Source: Chitinophagales bacterium
Lineage (GTDB): Bacteria > Bacteroidota > Bacteroidia > Chitinophagales > JADIYW01
Direction of reading: 5' to 3'
DNA length: 64,000 nucleotides
Assembly (NCBI GenBank): GCA_035438465.1
Contig: DAORIK010000001.1
Location: forward strand, 1,719 to 65,718
Each line of letters begins with the position of its first letter. Within the stretch, counting starts at the first letter, position 1. The position numbers and the translations under genes are program-made. This document shows, piece after piece, positions 1 to 9,982 of this stretch. The notes below the pieces were generated by a model. The model was not told the DNA's origin. It was given only the letters and a program-made list of their open reading frames with translations, and did not search any database.

Positions 1-1018
1 TATAATCGTCATTCTTATAGTTTTTTATAAAATCATAATAGGTTTGTTTTAGAGAATACAATTGCACTTTGGTAAAGTTCGGCGAGTTGACAATCTTATC
101 TCTTTTTACATTTATTAATTCAAGGTTTGCATTTACAAACCAGGGATATCGTGCCCCTTTGTCGATGACGTACTGATATCCTTTAATTGCAGCATCGTAG
201 TCCTTTTGAATAGCCGCAGTTCTGGCAATACGAATTACATTTTCTCCGTCTTCATTACGCAATACGTCAAGCGATTTTGATTGAAGGATTGCGCCGTCAA
301 AATCGTTGCGCTGCATGTACAACCAGACCAGTAAATCCTGATACACAAACTCATTCTTGTCAGCCTGTACCCGTTTTAGTAATTCTTTTTCAAGTGCATC
401 TTTTGCTTTTTCATCGGTTAGTCCTTTTTGTAATCCCGTTTCAATAGAGCTTAGGTTGCTTGCCTGATAGGGAGCTTCATTCAGGTAAGCATTGATCATG
501 CCGGTCAAATCGTTTTTCAGAAAGAAAAGGTTGGCAACTTCTAAGTTAAATGCATTTTTATCCTTTAAAATATCTTTAGCTTTGTCGTACACCTTTTGTG
601 CATAATCCAATTGTTTTAGCTGAATAAATTTTTTTGCTATTTGCTGAATTGTATAACGGTCAGGTTTTAATTCTTTGACGATTTTAGCGAATTGTTTTTC
701 TGCGTCAGCTGCTCTGTCTTGTTTTAAATACAAGTCGGCTAAGTCAAGTAAATAAATAGGATAGTTATCTGATTGTTTGTATAATGTTTTAATGACTTTT
801 TCTGCTTTTTCAAAGTCTTTTATCTGGATTAAAATATCCAGATAGTCATCATAATATTCAGCTGGATTTTGCTTAAACAATGTTTCGTAATATTCGGCAG
901 CTTTGGCAAACTCACCATTCTGCAGGAATTGCCTTGCCAGAAAAGCATCATAATCACCATCTTGTGCCTGACAAAACAAAGTATAAAACAGTAATAGTAT
1001 AAAAGTGATTTTTTTCAC
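1..1018 (-). CDS. TPR-like repeat protein with signal peptide (partial, continues beyond window start)
   Basis: Absent from the ORF track because it runs off the window edge. Reverse-strand translation from GTG at 1018 gives VKKITFILLLFYTLFCQAQDGDYDAFLARQFLQNGEFAKAAEYYETLF... and appeared open in my hand translation down to position 2. An in-frame TAG lies just upstream of the GTG. Helical A/Y/L repeat pattern is typical of TPR. Confidence 0.6.
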   Translation of the reverse strand, partial: MKKITFILLLFYTLFCQAQDGDYDAFLARQFLQNGEFAKAAEYYETLFKQNPAEYYDDYLDILIQIKDFEKAEKVIKTLYKQSDNYPIYLLDLADLYLKQDRAADAEKQFAKIVKELKPDRYTIQQIAKKFIQLKQLDYAQKVYDKAKDILKDKNAFNLEVANLFFLKNDLTGMINAYLNEAPYQASNLSSIETGLQKGLTDEKAKDALEKELLKRVQADKNEFVYQDLLVWLYMQRNDFDGAILQSKSLDVLRNEDGENVIRIARTAAIQKDYDAAIKGYQYVIDKGARYPWFVNANLELINVKRDKIVNSPNFTKVQLYSLKQTYYDFIKNYKNDDY

Positions 1019-1064
1019 GAACTAAACATATCAAAAATAGTGCTAAAAAGGAAGTTAAATTGTC

Positions 1065-1436
1065 TTATGTTTTAATATATGCCACGATAATTCCTAAAAT
1101 CACCCCGAAGAGATTTGCAGCAATATCATGCACATCGAAACTTCGGTGATCAATAAGCGAAGAACCTTGCACAAATTCTATCAAAACTCCCTGGGCAACA
1201 CATAATACAGATGCAGTTAAGAGTGCAATAGTGGTTTTATTTTCAAAAATTCTTACAATCAGAAAAAATAAAATGAGATATAACAAAGCATGTACAATTT
1301 TATCGAAATAAATTTTATCGAGCCAGTCTTCTTTAGGCAATGCACTTCCCGGTAGAAAGCACAGAAAAAAAATAATTCCCGACCAAAGCAGCGCGGGAAT
1401 TATTTTTGATATTCTTTTATTGGACAGATTCCTCAC
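1065..1436 (-). CDS. VanZ-like small membrane protein
   Basis: 123-aa ORF with a GTG start and about four hydrophobic segments. Resembles the VanZ-like family (DKIVHALLYLILFF...). Confidence 0.5.
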   Translation of the reverse strand: MRNLSNKRISKIIPALLWSGIIFFLCFLPGSALPKEDWLDKIYFDKIVHALLYLILFFLIVRIFENKTTIALLTASVLCVAQGVLIEFVQGSSLIDHRSFDVHDIAANLFGVILGIIVAYIKT

Positions 1437-1457
1437 GATGTTCGGAATGACGATATA

Positions 1458-1835
1458 CTAACCAATTAAAGCCTGATAAGCAGCAGCATCTAATAAGGTG
1501 GCTACTTCATCCGGATTCGTAAGTTTAATTTTAATCATCCAGCCGTCTTCGTATGGTTTATTGTTTACAAGTTCCGGTTTGTCTTTCAATGCTTCGTTAA
1601 ATTCCAGCACTTCTCCGCTCACAGGCATAAATAAATCAGAAACCGTCTTTACTGCTTCTACAGTTCCAAAGATACCATCTTTAGCTATTGTTTCACCAAC
1701 GGTGTCTATGTCTACATAAATAATATCACCTAATTCACCTTGTGCAAAAGATGTAATACCTATTGTTGCGGTATCACCATCTACGCGTAACCATTCGTGT
1801 TCTTTCGAGTACATTAATTCTGCGGGAATATTCAT
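1458..1835 (-). CDS. gcvH: glycine cleavage system H protein
   Basis: 125 aa. Lipoyl-lysine motif [18 protein letters not shown] and N-terminal YSKEHEW are typical of GcvH. Confidence 0.9.
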   Translation of the reverse strand: MNIPAELMYSKEHEWLRVDGDTATIGITSFAQGELGDIIYVDIDTVGETIAKDGIFGTVEAVKTVSDLFMPVSGEVLEFNEALKDKPELVNNKPYEDGWMIKIKLTNPDEVATLLDAAAYQALIG

Positions 1836-1920
1836 TTTTGTGTATTTTTTACGAAAATAAGATTTTATTTTTTATTTCATGGTAAGACTTGTTAAGTTTT
1901 TAAAACTTGTCAAGTATAGA

Positions 1921-4900
1921 TTAAGGAGTGAGGGAGAATCGGAATGTAATGCCACCACGGTGTGTTTTTGTTGGATAGGATGCCAAAGTAGCAGGATTTG
2001 TTCTTCGGAAATCGTAGAACAAACGAACATTTAATTTATTATTGACAATATAGTCAATGGTAGCAGCTAAGGAGATTGTTTTTTGTCCACGCGTTGGTTC
2101 CGCAATATTCTGGTCTAAACGATAGTTAACAGTCTTGTCATCTCTGTAAGAGAAATCGGCACGCAGGTTGATATCGTTATTCAACGTAATTCGCTTACCT
2201 CTTATTTTAAAAGGAATTTTAAATTTTGCCAGTTTATAGCCGAGTGCTGCAACATATTCTGTAGTGCGTGTTTCCGTTAACCGGTAATCTAACAAACTTA
2301 ATCCGAGTGTACGGGATTTTTTAAATTCAAAATTTGTAATCAAACTATTTTTCCAGGAAATTTCTATGCCTAATAGGGGTGATAGCTGTTCGGTAATAGT
2401 TACTTGTGGAATGGAATAGTATGCGTAGTAATTTCCTGATAAGGAGTCGATGCGTTGCGGTACGTAAAATAAATCTTCGTTATAATAACCCGGTGTGTTT
2501 AAGTAATTCAAATTCGTGATATAAGAGCCGATACTGAACGTTGAATTGTACCCGTGTGTGATGTTGAAAGACGTAAATAATTTCTTTCCCCATTTTGTTT
2601 TGGCAAATCCGTTATAAGTTACACGCCAGTTAGGCATTGGAATTCCTTTCAGCGGATTCAAACGGACTTTATCCGGATTTTTCCCGGTGTATGCAGCAAT
2701 TAAGGAAGGCACTAACACATCTTGTGAAAATGGTCCGTAGCCTTCTTTAAAGTTTGGAAGTTTAATGCTGTCATTTATATAGATGTCATCAGAATTTGGA
2801 TTCTTATCACCAAATTTTTGAGAATATACTTCACGTAATTCCTGGAATTTATAAAATGCATTACTGAAATTATTTTCATCTACTTTACTAAAAATAGTTT
2901 TAAGCATTAAAAATGACATAGACATATTTCCATTCACCATAGGTGTTAGGTGCTCATAAGCTGAGTTTGCAGAAGTCGTTTTGAAGAATTCTGAGTAGGT
3001 TTCACCTTGAGTCTTCTGAAGTGAAATATCTACACGTAAATCTCTATATGGTTCCAGAGAAACTTTTAGGTTAAAGCTTTGTTGTTTTGTTTGAATAAAC
3101 TGATAGTTGATAGTTGTATCTTTTGAAATCAATCCCTTGGCAGCTATCGTACTTAGCCAGCTGGTATCTTTTTGGGCACCAAATAAAAATCCTGGACCGG
3201 GTGCATGTTGTTTAAAGTCTTCACCAAACAAAAGAGGAGTAGGCATAAATCCGGGTAATACAGTGGTGCGTTTTACATCATAGCTGATAGATGCGCGTTG
3301 CAACATCATTAGTGGGCGCATAACATAATCCAGTGCTGGATTTGCCGGCTCGGGAAGTTGCCTTTTTTCCAGTTTTAACTGGCGTAAATCATTTTTCAGC
3401 TGCTTCTTCTCATCTACTAATTTTTTAATATCTTCTTTTGTTTTGGAAGTATCTTTTTCCGCAATTTCTATATCCTCAATTTTTTTCTCAATATCTTCTT
3501 TCTTCTTGATGATTTTTGTTTTTGATAAATCATCTTGTTCTTTGTATTTTGAATAGGCATCAGCGTATTCCTGTTTTGTTTTTTTGAGGTCAGGCTGTGT
3601 ATATGGTTTCAGAAATTTTGATTTCTGATATAAACTCTTAAAATTAATATCAGCAGTAATCTGATAGTCCTGTCCGTTTTTTATTGTGTTCCCTAAACTG
3701 GTCAACCCTAAAGGAGCTGCAAGCCAAGAGTAAGTAGCTCCATACCGTGCCTTTACGTTCATCCAGTCCAAAGCAGGAAATAGTTGTAACGGTAAATTGT
3801 AGGATGCATTAAAGATATGATCATAACTTACATTTCTTCCGAATTTCCAGAAATTACGGCGAACAGTATCTTTCTTCTCCTTTGTATCTAAAGCACCGGC
3901 CGGCTCGTCTATGCGCGCTTTATTCGTTGCAGTGAAATCAACATTGATAGACTTTGTAATATTGTATTTAACACTCCAGAATCTGTCCCAGGTGAAATAT
4001 TTATCAAAGGTTGGTTTTATCTCTAAATCATCGCCACTGATGTTCCTGATTTTTTGATAGCCGTATTGTCTGTTTATGTCTGTTCTGAATGCTACCGAAT
4101 TAGGTTTTAAATTAAGGTTGAATTCTCTGATTGGTTTCAGATGGACACTGTTGTTTTTAACTTTTTTGAAAGGCTGCCATACAAGCGGTTTTGGAGAAAA
4201 ATTCCACCCGATAGAACCTCTGTGTTTTGTTATAACTTCTTTTTCAATAATTGGATTTCTTCTGTCGGTTTGAGTAAAGGCATAAGTGAAATTAAAATTC
4301 TCTACATCGTACACACGTGGTTGTTTTTCCGTATTGGTTCTTACTTTTTGTAAATTGGTAACGTTAATACTTTTAATAGTAGTAACATCCTGTGCTACAC
4401 GTTTGGTAGAATCAATCAGTTCTTTTTTTCTGTCTTTAGATAAATTGCCATCCGCTTCTATTACACTGAATTTATCTTTTAGTTTCACATCTAATTCATA
4501 GGGATCGTATTGCGGTGTACTAATAGACTGTGAGAATTGGGTGTAAACAGGGATTTTCAAACCTGCTTTTTCAGGTAACAAATTCCCGAGGTTTAAGTTG
4601 GCTGCAATGTCATACTGGTAATAGTTATCTCTGTATCGCTGATTAAGTCGTTGTTCTAAATCACCAAACCCGATGGTATGAATATTTCCTGCCATAATAA
4701 GGTTACCGAGATTACCAAGCTGCAAGTCTACTCTGCCTAATGCGGCCCATCCCCCTTGTTCGTCAAATCCGGACATCCGCAACTCATTTACCCAGATTTC
4801 AGCACATTTAGCAAGTCCGTCGTCAGTATCTTCATTTTCTCCTATAATTCTTTTTGGATTTTTTACTCCAATCATAAATACGGATGCCACCCCTAAATCA

Positions 4901-7900
4901 GGGTTGCCTTTTAAACTGATTTTTACACCATTGCCAAGAGTTACTTCGTAAGGTAATATTTGTGATGAATTACTAATGTTGCGTAGTTGCTTTATTTTAG
5001 TAAGACTGTCAAGTAAGATATTCATTTGGTTTGAATCCGGCCAGATTAAACTTCTGTCCAAATCACTTTCGGGATTATAATTTCCGGGCTGCGTTACTTT
5101 TAACGGTAGTTCATATTCATAATAATTATCTGTAAAGTCAGAACCGATTCGAATAAAGGCATGAATGTCATCGTTTTTTATAGGAAATAAACTGCCTCTG
5201 TCACCCGGATAATTTTCAGCATGGGTAAATAATTTTATGCGTTTGTAATTTCGCAAATCAAGATTTGTTACTTTAAAAACTGCCCGTGCATCACCATCCT
5301 GTAGTTCACAAACCTGTAAACTCATGGCTTGCTCATTTTGTAAAGCATTGTTATACCCGCTGATATTTTGTTCACGGATGATGCCAGGTGGTATTGCATA
5401 CGGAATTGGTAGTCGTCCGGAGTTCTCTTCCACGCTTACGGAAGTTACATTAAAGTCAGTATTGGTAGTTTCATCTCCCGGTAGTTGCTCACCCGGATTT
5501 AATAGAGATAAATCATATTTTCTCCATTGGTTTCTAACTAACCCGAATTGAGCCAGACGGAGGGTTACGCTGTCTGTAAAGTCTGATAATATCAGGCGAC
5601 AAAAACGAATGGAACGGAAATCAGAAATATTACCAACTCTGGATTCATATTCTTTAATCGGGATTTTTATTTGATACCAGTATGCATACTGATTGCCATC
5701 AATTAATGTTGAGTCTTTGCTGGCAACATATGGAGAGTTGTTCAGGAAATTTTCATCAAATGGAACTTTATACTGGAAATATTCTTCCGTTTCATTTAGA
5801 GTGTTATCATTGTTCAGGTCCTCATTATCAGGTTGTGTTTTTGCATTCCCATTTACGTTTCCGCCACTAAGATTATTAGAAGAGTTTCCCTGAGTATTTG
5901 AAAAATCCTTATAGCGTATGATAACACCGTCATCGCCGGTAAAGTTGCCATCTCTGTTAAATTTATAATTATCACCGGAAGGGTCGATGCTTGCTTTATC
6001 AAGCGCAATAGGATTTGAAACCAGCGTAGAAAGTTTGGTTAAGTAATTGGAAAAATAATTCTTTTCTGCATCATCGTCCAAACCATCCAAGCCTACATCT
6101 TGTTTTTTTATAACATCCGGGTCGGCATCAAAACTATTGGTTAATGCGTTCTGAATCGTAGGCGTTACACCCCAAGAAGAAGTATCAACTGTTGTACCTC
6201 CGTTAGGGCGGGGTAGTCCGTTCTCATATTGCTTTCTGGAATCCTTTAAAATATCTTCTGATAAGTTTCCTAACTGAATATATAAGTTACCTTTTCTATT
6301 GGCACCGGGAAACTGAAAAGGATCCAATACCCAGAATTGAATAAATTCTATATTAGCTGCTTCAAAATCGCTGGTACCATCAATAGTACGCATAATACCA
6401 CCCCACCGGGTTTCGGGATTATTTAATTTACCGTTTGCATTTATACCTTTTGAATAAGGAGTTGGCGATGTCTCATAATTGTAAGGTCCTCTTTCTTCAG
6501 GGAAATAAGATAAGTCCAATGTATAAAGAGGCGGATTGGTAATAGTTGAGTTCTGTCTGTTTTTAAAAACATCCTGCTCAAAATACTGATGAGTGTAAAT
6601 ATTGTTTCTGGTGGCTTCTGCTGTAGCACTGTTTAACGGGTTGGTGCCACCGCCACCGCCCTGAAAGATTGGATCAATGGAATACCATGATAGTTTTGCT
6701 CTGTTGAATCCATATGCTAAGCTATCGCTGATGCGCGCTTCCGGAAATTTTTCTACACCATAAATATTTGGCATTCCTTTAGGTGCAGAAGCCAAGGACC
6801 AGGTTAGATAGCTTCCTCGCAAATCGAAGGTGGTACTCGCTCCTTCAAAATCATCTACATACACTGTTCCTGCGTCATCAATGTTAATTGCTTTGGAATG
6901 ACCCGGTATAAAATAAGCTGCTTCTGCTGCAACCGTTATTTTGGAAGGTGCTTTGGTGTCCTGTGCTGTTATTTTATTAAATACTCTGGTTAATCCTTTT
7001 GATTCTGTTGCATAATTAATGTCTAATCCGATGATATTGTTTTTTACCGGATCATCATTGAAATTTACTTTCTGGGTAAATGGTCGCTCCGCAAGGCGCA
7101 TATGTGTTAACCCGATAGTAAAATTTTTGTTGACAGAATAATCTAATCTTGTTCCAAAGAGAGATTTATTCACTACACCAAACAGAATATTATTTTCAAA
7201 TTTAATATCAATAGGAATTCCTGAGTTTAATACACCCTGATTAATAATCACTACTTCACCAATCCCATAGTTGACGGTATAATCAACATTCTCTTTTAAC
7301 TGATTTCCACCGGCGCTGACACTTACAGAGCCTTGCGGTAAATTAAAAGCACCGGGCAGTCTGAATGTACTGTTATCTGTTCCTCTGTAGGAGCCTTTTA
7401 ATACGAACCGGTTAAACTCCGGGAATTGTTGCGCAGCAAACTTAGTGGTATCATACAAATACCGATATACATATTTTGCTGCTATGGCAGGATCTCCGAT
7501 TGCATTTGCGAGCGAGCTGCCGAAGGGTTCCAAAACCGGGAAATATATTTTCCCGTTTCTCGGGTTAATTGTAACATTTGGTATAAAGTCAAATCGTCCG
7601 TCATTTTGAGGGTCCAACTGATTATTGACATTATCGAGATTAAGAACTTTTAATAATTGCTGTCCGGTAATATTTCCTCCATCCGGCAAGTAACGTTTTT
7701 GTCCGCCACCCGGGTCGATATAATATATGTCAAAGAAAAACTGATCGGGACTTACATTAAAGGCACCTAAGGAATATACGTTTTTCATCATCAAATCCCA
7801 TATTGGCTCTACGGTTCTAACAGAAGTAGCTTTCAGCATTTTGAGTGCTAAAATCTGGTCTTTAGTTTTAGTGGTGTCTGCAAGAGGAGGTAAGTCAGAT

Positions 7901-9312
7901 GCAAACTCACCTAACTGATATACTTTTCCATTTACAGTATATTGTATGGCAACACCTAAAACCTCATCAGGGCGCAGCTGTTGATTTAATGAGATGTAGC
8001 CAAGTTGTGCATTGAATGAATATTCAGTAGTTGCTAATTTTCGTGCACTTACTTTTTCAAAATCATCGACTGCAAATAAATTGTTGCTTTCTAAGAAACT
8101 AATACACCTGCTTGGATCTCTGAAGTCCAGAGAATTTGCACTTTTGGTGATAATATTATATAGATTGTTTGAATTGCTTTCCGGATAAATTCCACCATTA
8201 CTGGTAATGGTAGATGTGTTATAGATTTTACTGGTTTCTCCCAAATCCTGAAAGGCAACAATTTCTCTTACTTCTTCTGTTTGTCTGGTTTTATTGGTTA
8301 CCCAAACTTCAATTCTGTTTATAACTGTTTGTGCACCGACAAAAGGCAATCTGCTCAAACTTTGTTCATAAGTATCTCTGAAATATTGTGCTATAAAAAA
8401 GTGTCTGTTGTCTTCGTACTCATCTGCTTTTATAGCAAACTTTTTTGTTTGTGCTCCGTTTTCTATCCTTACATTTTCTGTTTTGGATTTTTGCTGAGCT
8501 AATACATTTGTGATTGTTAGCCGACCAAATTTTAATTGTGTTTTTACACCAAACAAATTTTGTGGACCTTTGATAAGTGCACTTCGCAAGGGCATACTCA
8601 CGTTTCCAAATTCTAAAGCCTGAATGATATCATCTTCTTTACCTTTATAGCCTAACTTCAATTGATTTTCAAAAGCAAAACCTGATTTTGTGTTATAGTT
8701 GATTCCGAGTTTTAATTTATCACCAATAGATGCCTGCAGACCTAACTGAATATTCATATCAAAATCGAAGTTGATATTACGCCGCTGATTTTGGAGTAAA
8801 ACAGGATTGTCAATACGCTGGGAATTTACACCAATAGTTACATCTACGTTTCCTTGTGGTTTAATTTCGATTTTAGTACCACCCAAAAACCGGTTGAATA
8901 ATTCAGGACCCTGATACAGAAATGGTTGTTTGCTTTTGCGTTCTGCCAAGTCAATGGCTCTGGAGCGTTGCTGAAAATAGGTTTGTTCTGATTCCTGACT
9001 CGTATATTGTAAGTATTCATCATAAGTCATGTATGTTGGCGTTTTGTAATAATTATCGCCGATTTTTTCATACACAATAAATTTGTTGGTTTTGGGGTCG
9101 TATTCCACCTGTTTATTTACAATACCCGGGTCATTTAAATCAAGATTAGTGCTGGGTTTTGTAATCAGGAAGTCTGTGTTCCTGTCCTGAATTGGGTACT
9201 TCAGGTTTATTTTTGAACTATCAGTTTGAGCATAACTATCACTAATACTATACATAATAGCAAAAAACAATAGTATGCTTATGGGAGTCTTATGTATAGT
9301 TCTTCTCACCAA
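1921..9312 (-). CDS. sprA: type IX secretion system translocon / gliding motility protein SprA (Sov family)
   Basis: 2463-aa ORF with a TTG/GTG start followed by the signal peptide ...LLFFAIMYSISDSYAQ. Size, beta-rich composition and C-terminal beta-barrel-like end (ITFRFSLTP) match SprA. Position next to ruvA and gcvH fits the layout I recall for this region in other Bacteroidetes (from memory). Confidence 0.88.
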   Translation of the reverse strand: MVRRTIHKTPISILLFFAIMYSISDSYAQTDSSKINLKYPIQDRNTDFLITKPSTNLDLNDPGIVNKQVEYDPKTNKFIVYEKIGDNYYKTPTYMTYDEYLQYTSQESEQTYFQQRSRAIDLAERKSKQPFLYQGPELFNRFLGGTKIEIKPQGNVDVTIGVNSQRIDNPVLLQNQRRNINFDFDMNIQLGLQASIGDKLKLGINYNTKSGFAFENQLKLGYKGKEDDIIQALEFGNVSMPLRSALIKGPQNLFGVKTQLKFGRLTITNVLAQQKSKTENVRIENGAQTKKFAIKADEYEDNRHFFIAQYFRDTYEQSLSRLPFVGAQTVINRIEVWVTNKTRQTEEVREIVAFQDLGETSKIYNTSTITSNGGIYPESNSNNLYNIITKSANSLDFRDPSRCISFLESNNLFAVDDFEKVSARKLATTEYSFNAQLGYISLNQQLRPDEVLGVAIQYTVNGKVYQLGEFASDLPPLADTTKTKDQILALKMLKATSVRTVEPIWDLMMKNVYSLGAFNVSPDQFFFDIYYIDPGGGQKRYLPDGGNITGQQLLKVLNLDNVNNQLDPQNDGRFDFIPNVTINPRNGKIYFPVLEPFGSSLANAIGDPAIAAKYVYRYLYDTTKFAAQQFPEFNRFVLKGSYRGTDNSTFRLPGAFNLPQGSVSVSAGGNQLKENVDYTVNYGIGEVVIINQGVLNSGIPIDIKFENNILFGVVNKSLFGTRLDYSVNKNFTIGLTHMRLAERPFTQKVNFNDDPVKNNIIGLDINYATESKGLTRVFNKITAQDTKAPSKITVAAEAAYFIPGHSKAINIDDAGTVYVDDFEGASTTFDLRGSYLTWSLASAPKGMPNIYGVEKFPEARISDSLAYGFNRAKLSWYSIDPIFQGGGGGTNPLNSATAEATRNNIYTHQYFEQDVFKNRQNSTITNPPLYTLDLSYFPEERGPYNYETSPTPYSKGINANGKLNNPETRWGGIMRTIDGTSDFEAANIEFIQFWVLDPFQFPGANRKGNLYIQLGNLSEDILKDSRKQYENGLPRPNGGTTVDTSSWGVTPTIQNALTNSFDADPDVIKKQDVGLDGLDDDAEKNYFSNYLTKLSTLVSNPIALDKASIDPSGDNYKFNRDGNFTGDDGVIIRYKDFSNTQGNSSNNLSGGNVNGNAKTQPDNEDLNNDNTLNETEEYFQYKVPFDENFLNNSPYVASKDSTLIDGNQYAYWYQIKIPIKEYESRVGNISDFRSIRFCRLILSDFTDSVTLRLAQFGLVRNQWRKYDLSLLNPGEQLPGDETTNTDFNVTSVSVEENSGRLPIPYAIPPGIIREQNISGYNNALQNEQAMSLQVCELQDGDARAVFKVTNLDLRNYKRIKLFTHAENYPGDRGSLFPIKNDDIHAFIRIGSDFTDNYYEYELPLKVTQPGNYNPESDLDRSLIWPDSNQMNILLDSLTKIKQLRNISNSSQILPYEVTLGNGVKISLKGNPDLGVASVFMIGVKNPKRIIGENEDTDDGLAKCAEIWVNELRMSGFDEQGGWAALGRVDLQLGNLGNLIMAGNIHTIGFGDLEQRLNQRYRDNYYQYDIAANLNLGNLLPEKAGLKIPVYTQFSQSISTPQYDPYELDVKLKDKFSVIEADGNLSKDRKKELIDSTKRVAQDVTTIKSINVTNLQKVRTNTEKQPRVYDVENFNFTYAFTQTDRRNPIIEKEVITKHRGSIGWNFSPKPLVWQPFKKVKNNSVHLKPIREFNLNLKPNSVAFRTDINRQYGYQKIRNISGDDLEIKPTFDKYFTWDRFWSVKYNITKSINVDFTATNKARIDEPAGALDTKEKKDTVRRNFWKFGRNVSYDHIFNASYNLPLQLFPALDWMNVKARYGATYSWLAAPLGLTSLGNTIKNGQDYQITADINFKSLYQKSKFLKPYTQPDLKKTKQEYADAYSKYKEQDDLSKTKIIKKKEDIEKKIEDIEIAEKDTSKTKEDIKKLVDEKKQLKNDLRQLKLEKRQLPEPANPALDYVMRPLMMLQRASISYDVKRTTVLPGFMPTPLLFGEDFKQHAPGPGFLFGAQKDTSWLSTIAAKGLISKDTTINYQFIQTKQQSFNLKVSLEPYRDLRVDISLQKTQGETYSEFFKTTSANSAYEHLTPMVNGNMSMSFLMLKTIFSKVDENNFSNAFYKFQELREVYSQKFGDKNPNSDDIYINDSIKLPNFKEGYGPFSQDVLVPSLIAAYTGKNPDKVRLNPLKGIPMPNWRVTYNGFAKTKWGKKLFTSFNITHGYNSTFSIGSYITNLNYLNTPGYYNEDLFYVPQRIDSLSGNYYAYYSIPQVTITEQLSPLLGIEISWKNSLITNFEFKKSRTLGLSLLDYRLTETRTTEYVAALGYKLAKFKIPFKIRGKRITLNNDINLRADFSYRDDKTVNYRLDQNIAEPTRGQKTISLAATIDYIVNNKLNVRLFYDFRRTNPATLASYPTKTHRGGITFRFSLTP

Positions 9313-9333
9313 ATAGTAGAGTGTGCTGCAAAT

Positions 9334-9930
9334 TTACAAATTTTTTAGGCTCAATTTTATCAATTCTTCCACAGATTGTATATTGAGATTATCTTTTATG
9401 GCTTTTGATACAGCTTTCTCTGCTTGTATTTTCTGAAATCCAAGCATATTAAGTGCTGCCAATGCCTCGTCATTCATTACAGATGAATGTGTATGTTGTA
9501 ATATATTGTCCATTCCTTCCGGTACAGGTTCTTTCTTCAATTTATCTTTCAGCTCCAGAATTAAACGCTGTGCTGATTTTGGTCCAATTCCTTTTATAGA
9601 TTGTATTAAACGCACATCTCCCTGAATTATTGCCTTTTGAAACTCATGTACGGAAAGAGATGATAATACCAATCTTGCAGTATTTGGTCCAACACCGGAA
9701 ACGGAAATTAAATATTGAAACATATTTTTTTCTTCTTCGCTGAAAAAGCCATATAAAACATGAGCATCCTCACGTACAACGAGGTGTGTATATAATTTAA
9801 CATTTTCAATCTGCTCAATCTGAGAGAAAGTAGTTAAAGAAATATTGACAAAATAAGCAACGCCGTTGCATTCGAGATAAACATGAGTAGGCGTTTTGAG
9901 GGTAATTTTTCCGAGGAGGTAAGCGAACAT
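9334..9930 (-). CDS. ruvA: Holliday junction branch migration complex subunit RuvA
   Basis: 198 aa with two helix-hairpin-helix motifs (ISVSGVGPNTARLVLS, IKGIGPKSAQRLILEL). Confidence 0.9.
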   Translation of the reverse strand: MFAYLLGKITLKTPTHVYLECNGVAYFVNISLTTFSQIEQIENVKLYTHLVVREDAHVLYGFFSEEEKNMFQYLISVSGVGPNTARLVLSSLSVHEFQKAIIQGDVRLIQSIKGIGPKSAQRLILELKDKLKKEPVPEGMDNILQHTHSSVMNDEALAALNMLGFQKIQAEKAVSKAIKDNLNIQSVEELIKLSLKNL

Positions 9931-9964
9931 AGTTTATAGTTGGTTGCAATATAGGCTTGTTGGA

Positions 9965-9972
9965 CAAAAATA
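9965..9972 (-). promoter_or_regulatory. candidate -7 promoter box (TATTTTTG) for ruvA
   Basis: The minus strand reads TATTTTTG, a perfect match to the Bacteroidetes TAnnTTTG consensus, 34 nt upstream of the ruvA ATG. Confidence 0.35.
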
Positions 9973-9982
9973 CCAAAATAAA

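Noticed and set aside
1836-1920. A glycine riboswitch upstream of gcvH, and a glmS ribozyme upstream of glmS (50073-50139)
   Set aside because: The spacers are only 85 and 67 nt, and I could not find the conserved cores of either RNA. The 1880-1915 region has only an imperfect hairpin.
4076-8502. Several 60-90-aa plus-strand ORFs inside sprA (for example 4076-4501, 5324-5893, 7426-7653, 8281-8502)
   Set aside because: They are antisense to a long, well-supported CDS. They have low-complexity Leu/Phe/Ser-rich translations typical of antisense frames in AT-rich DNA.
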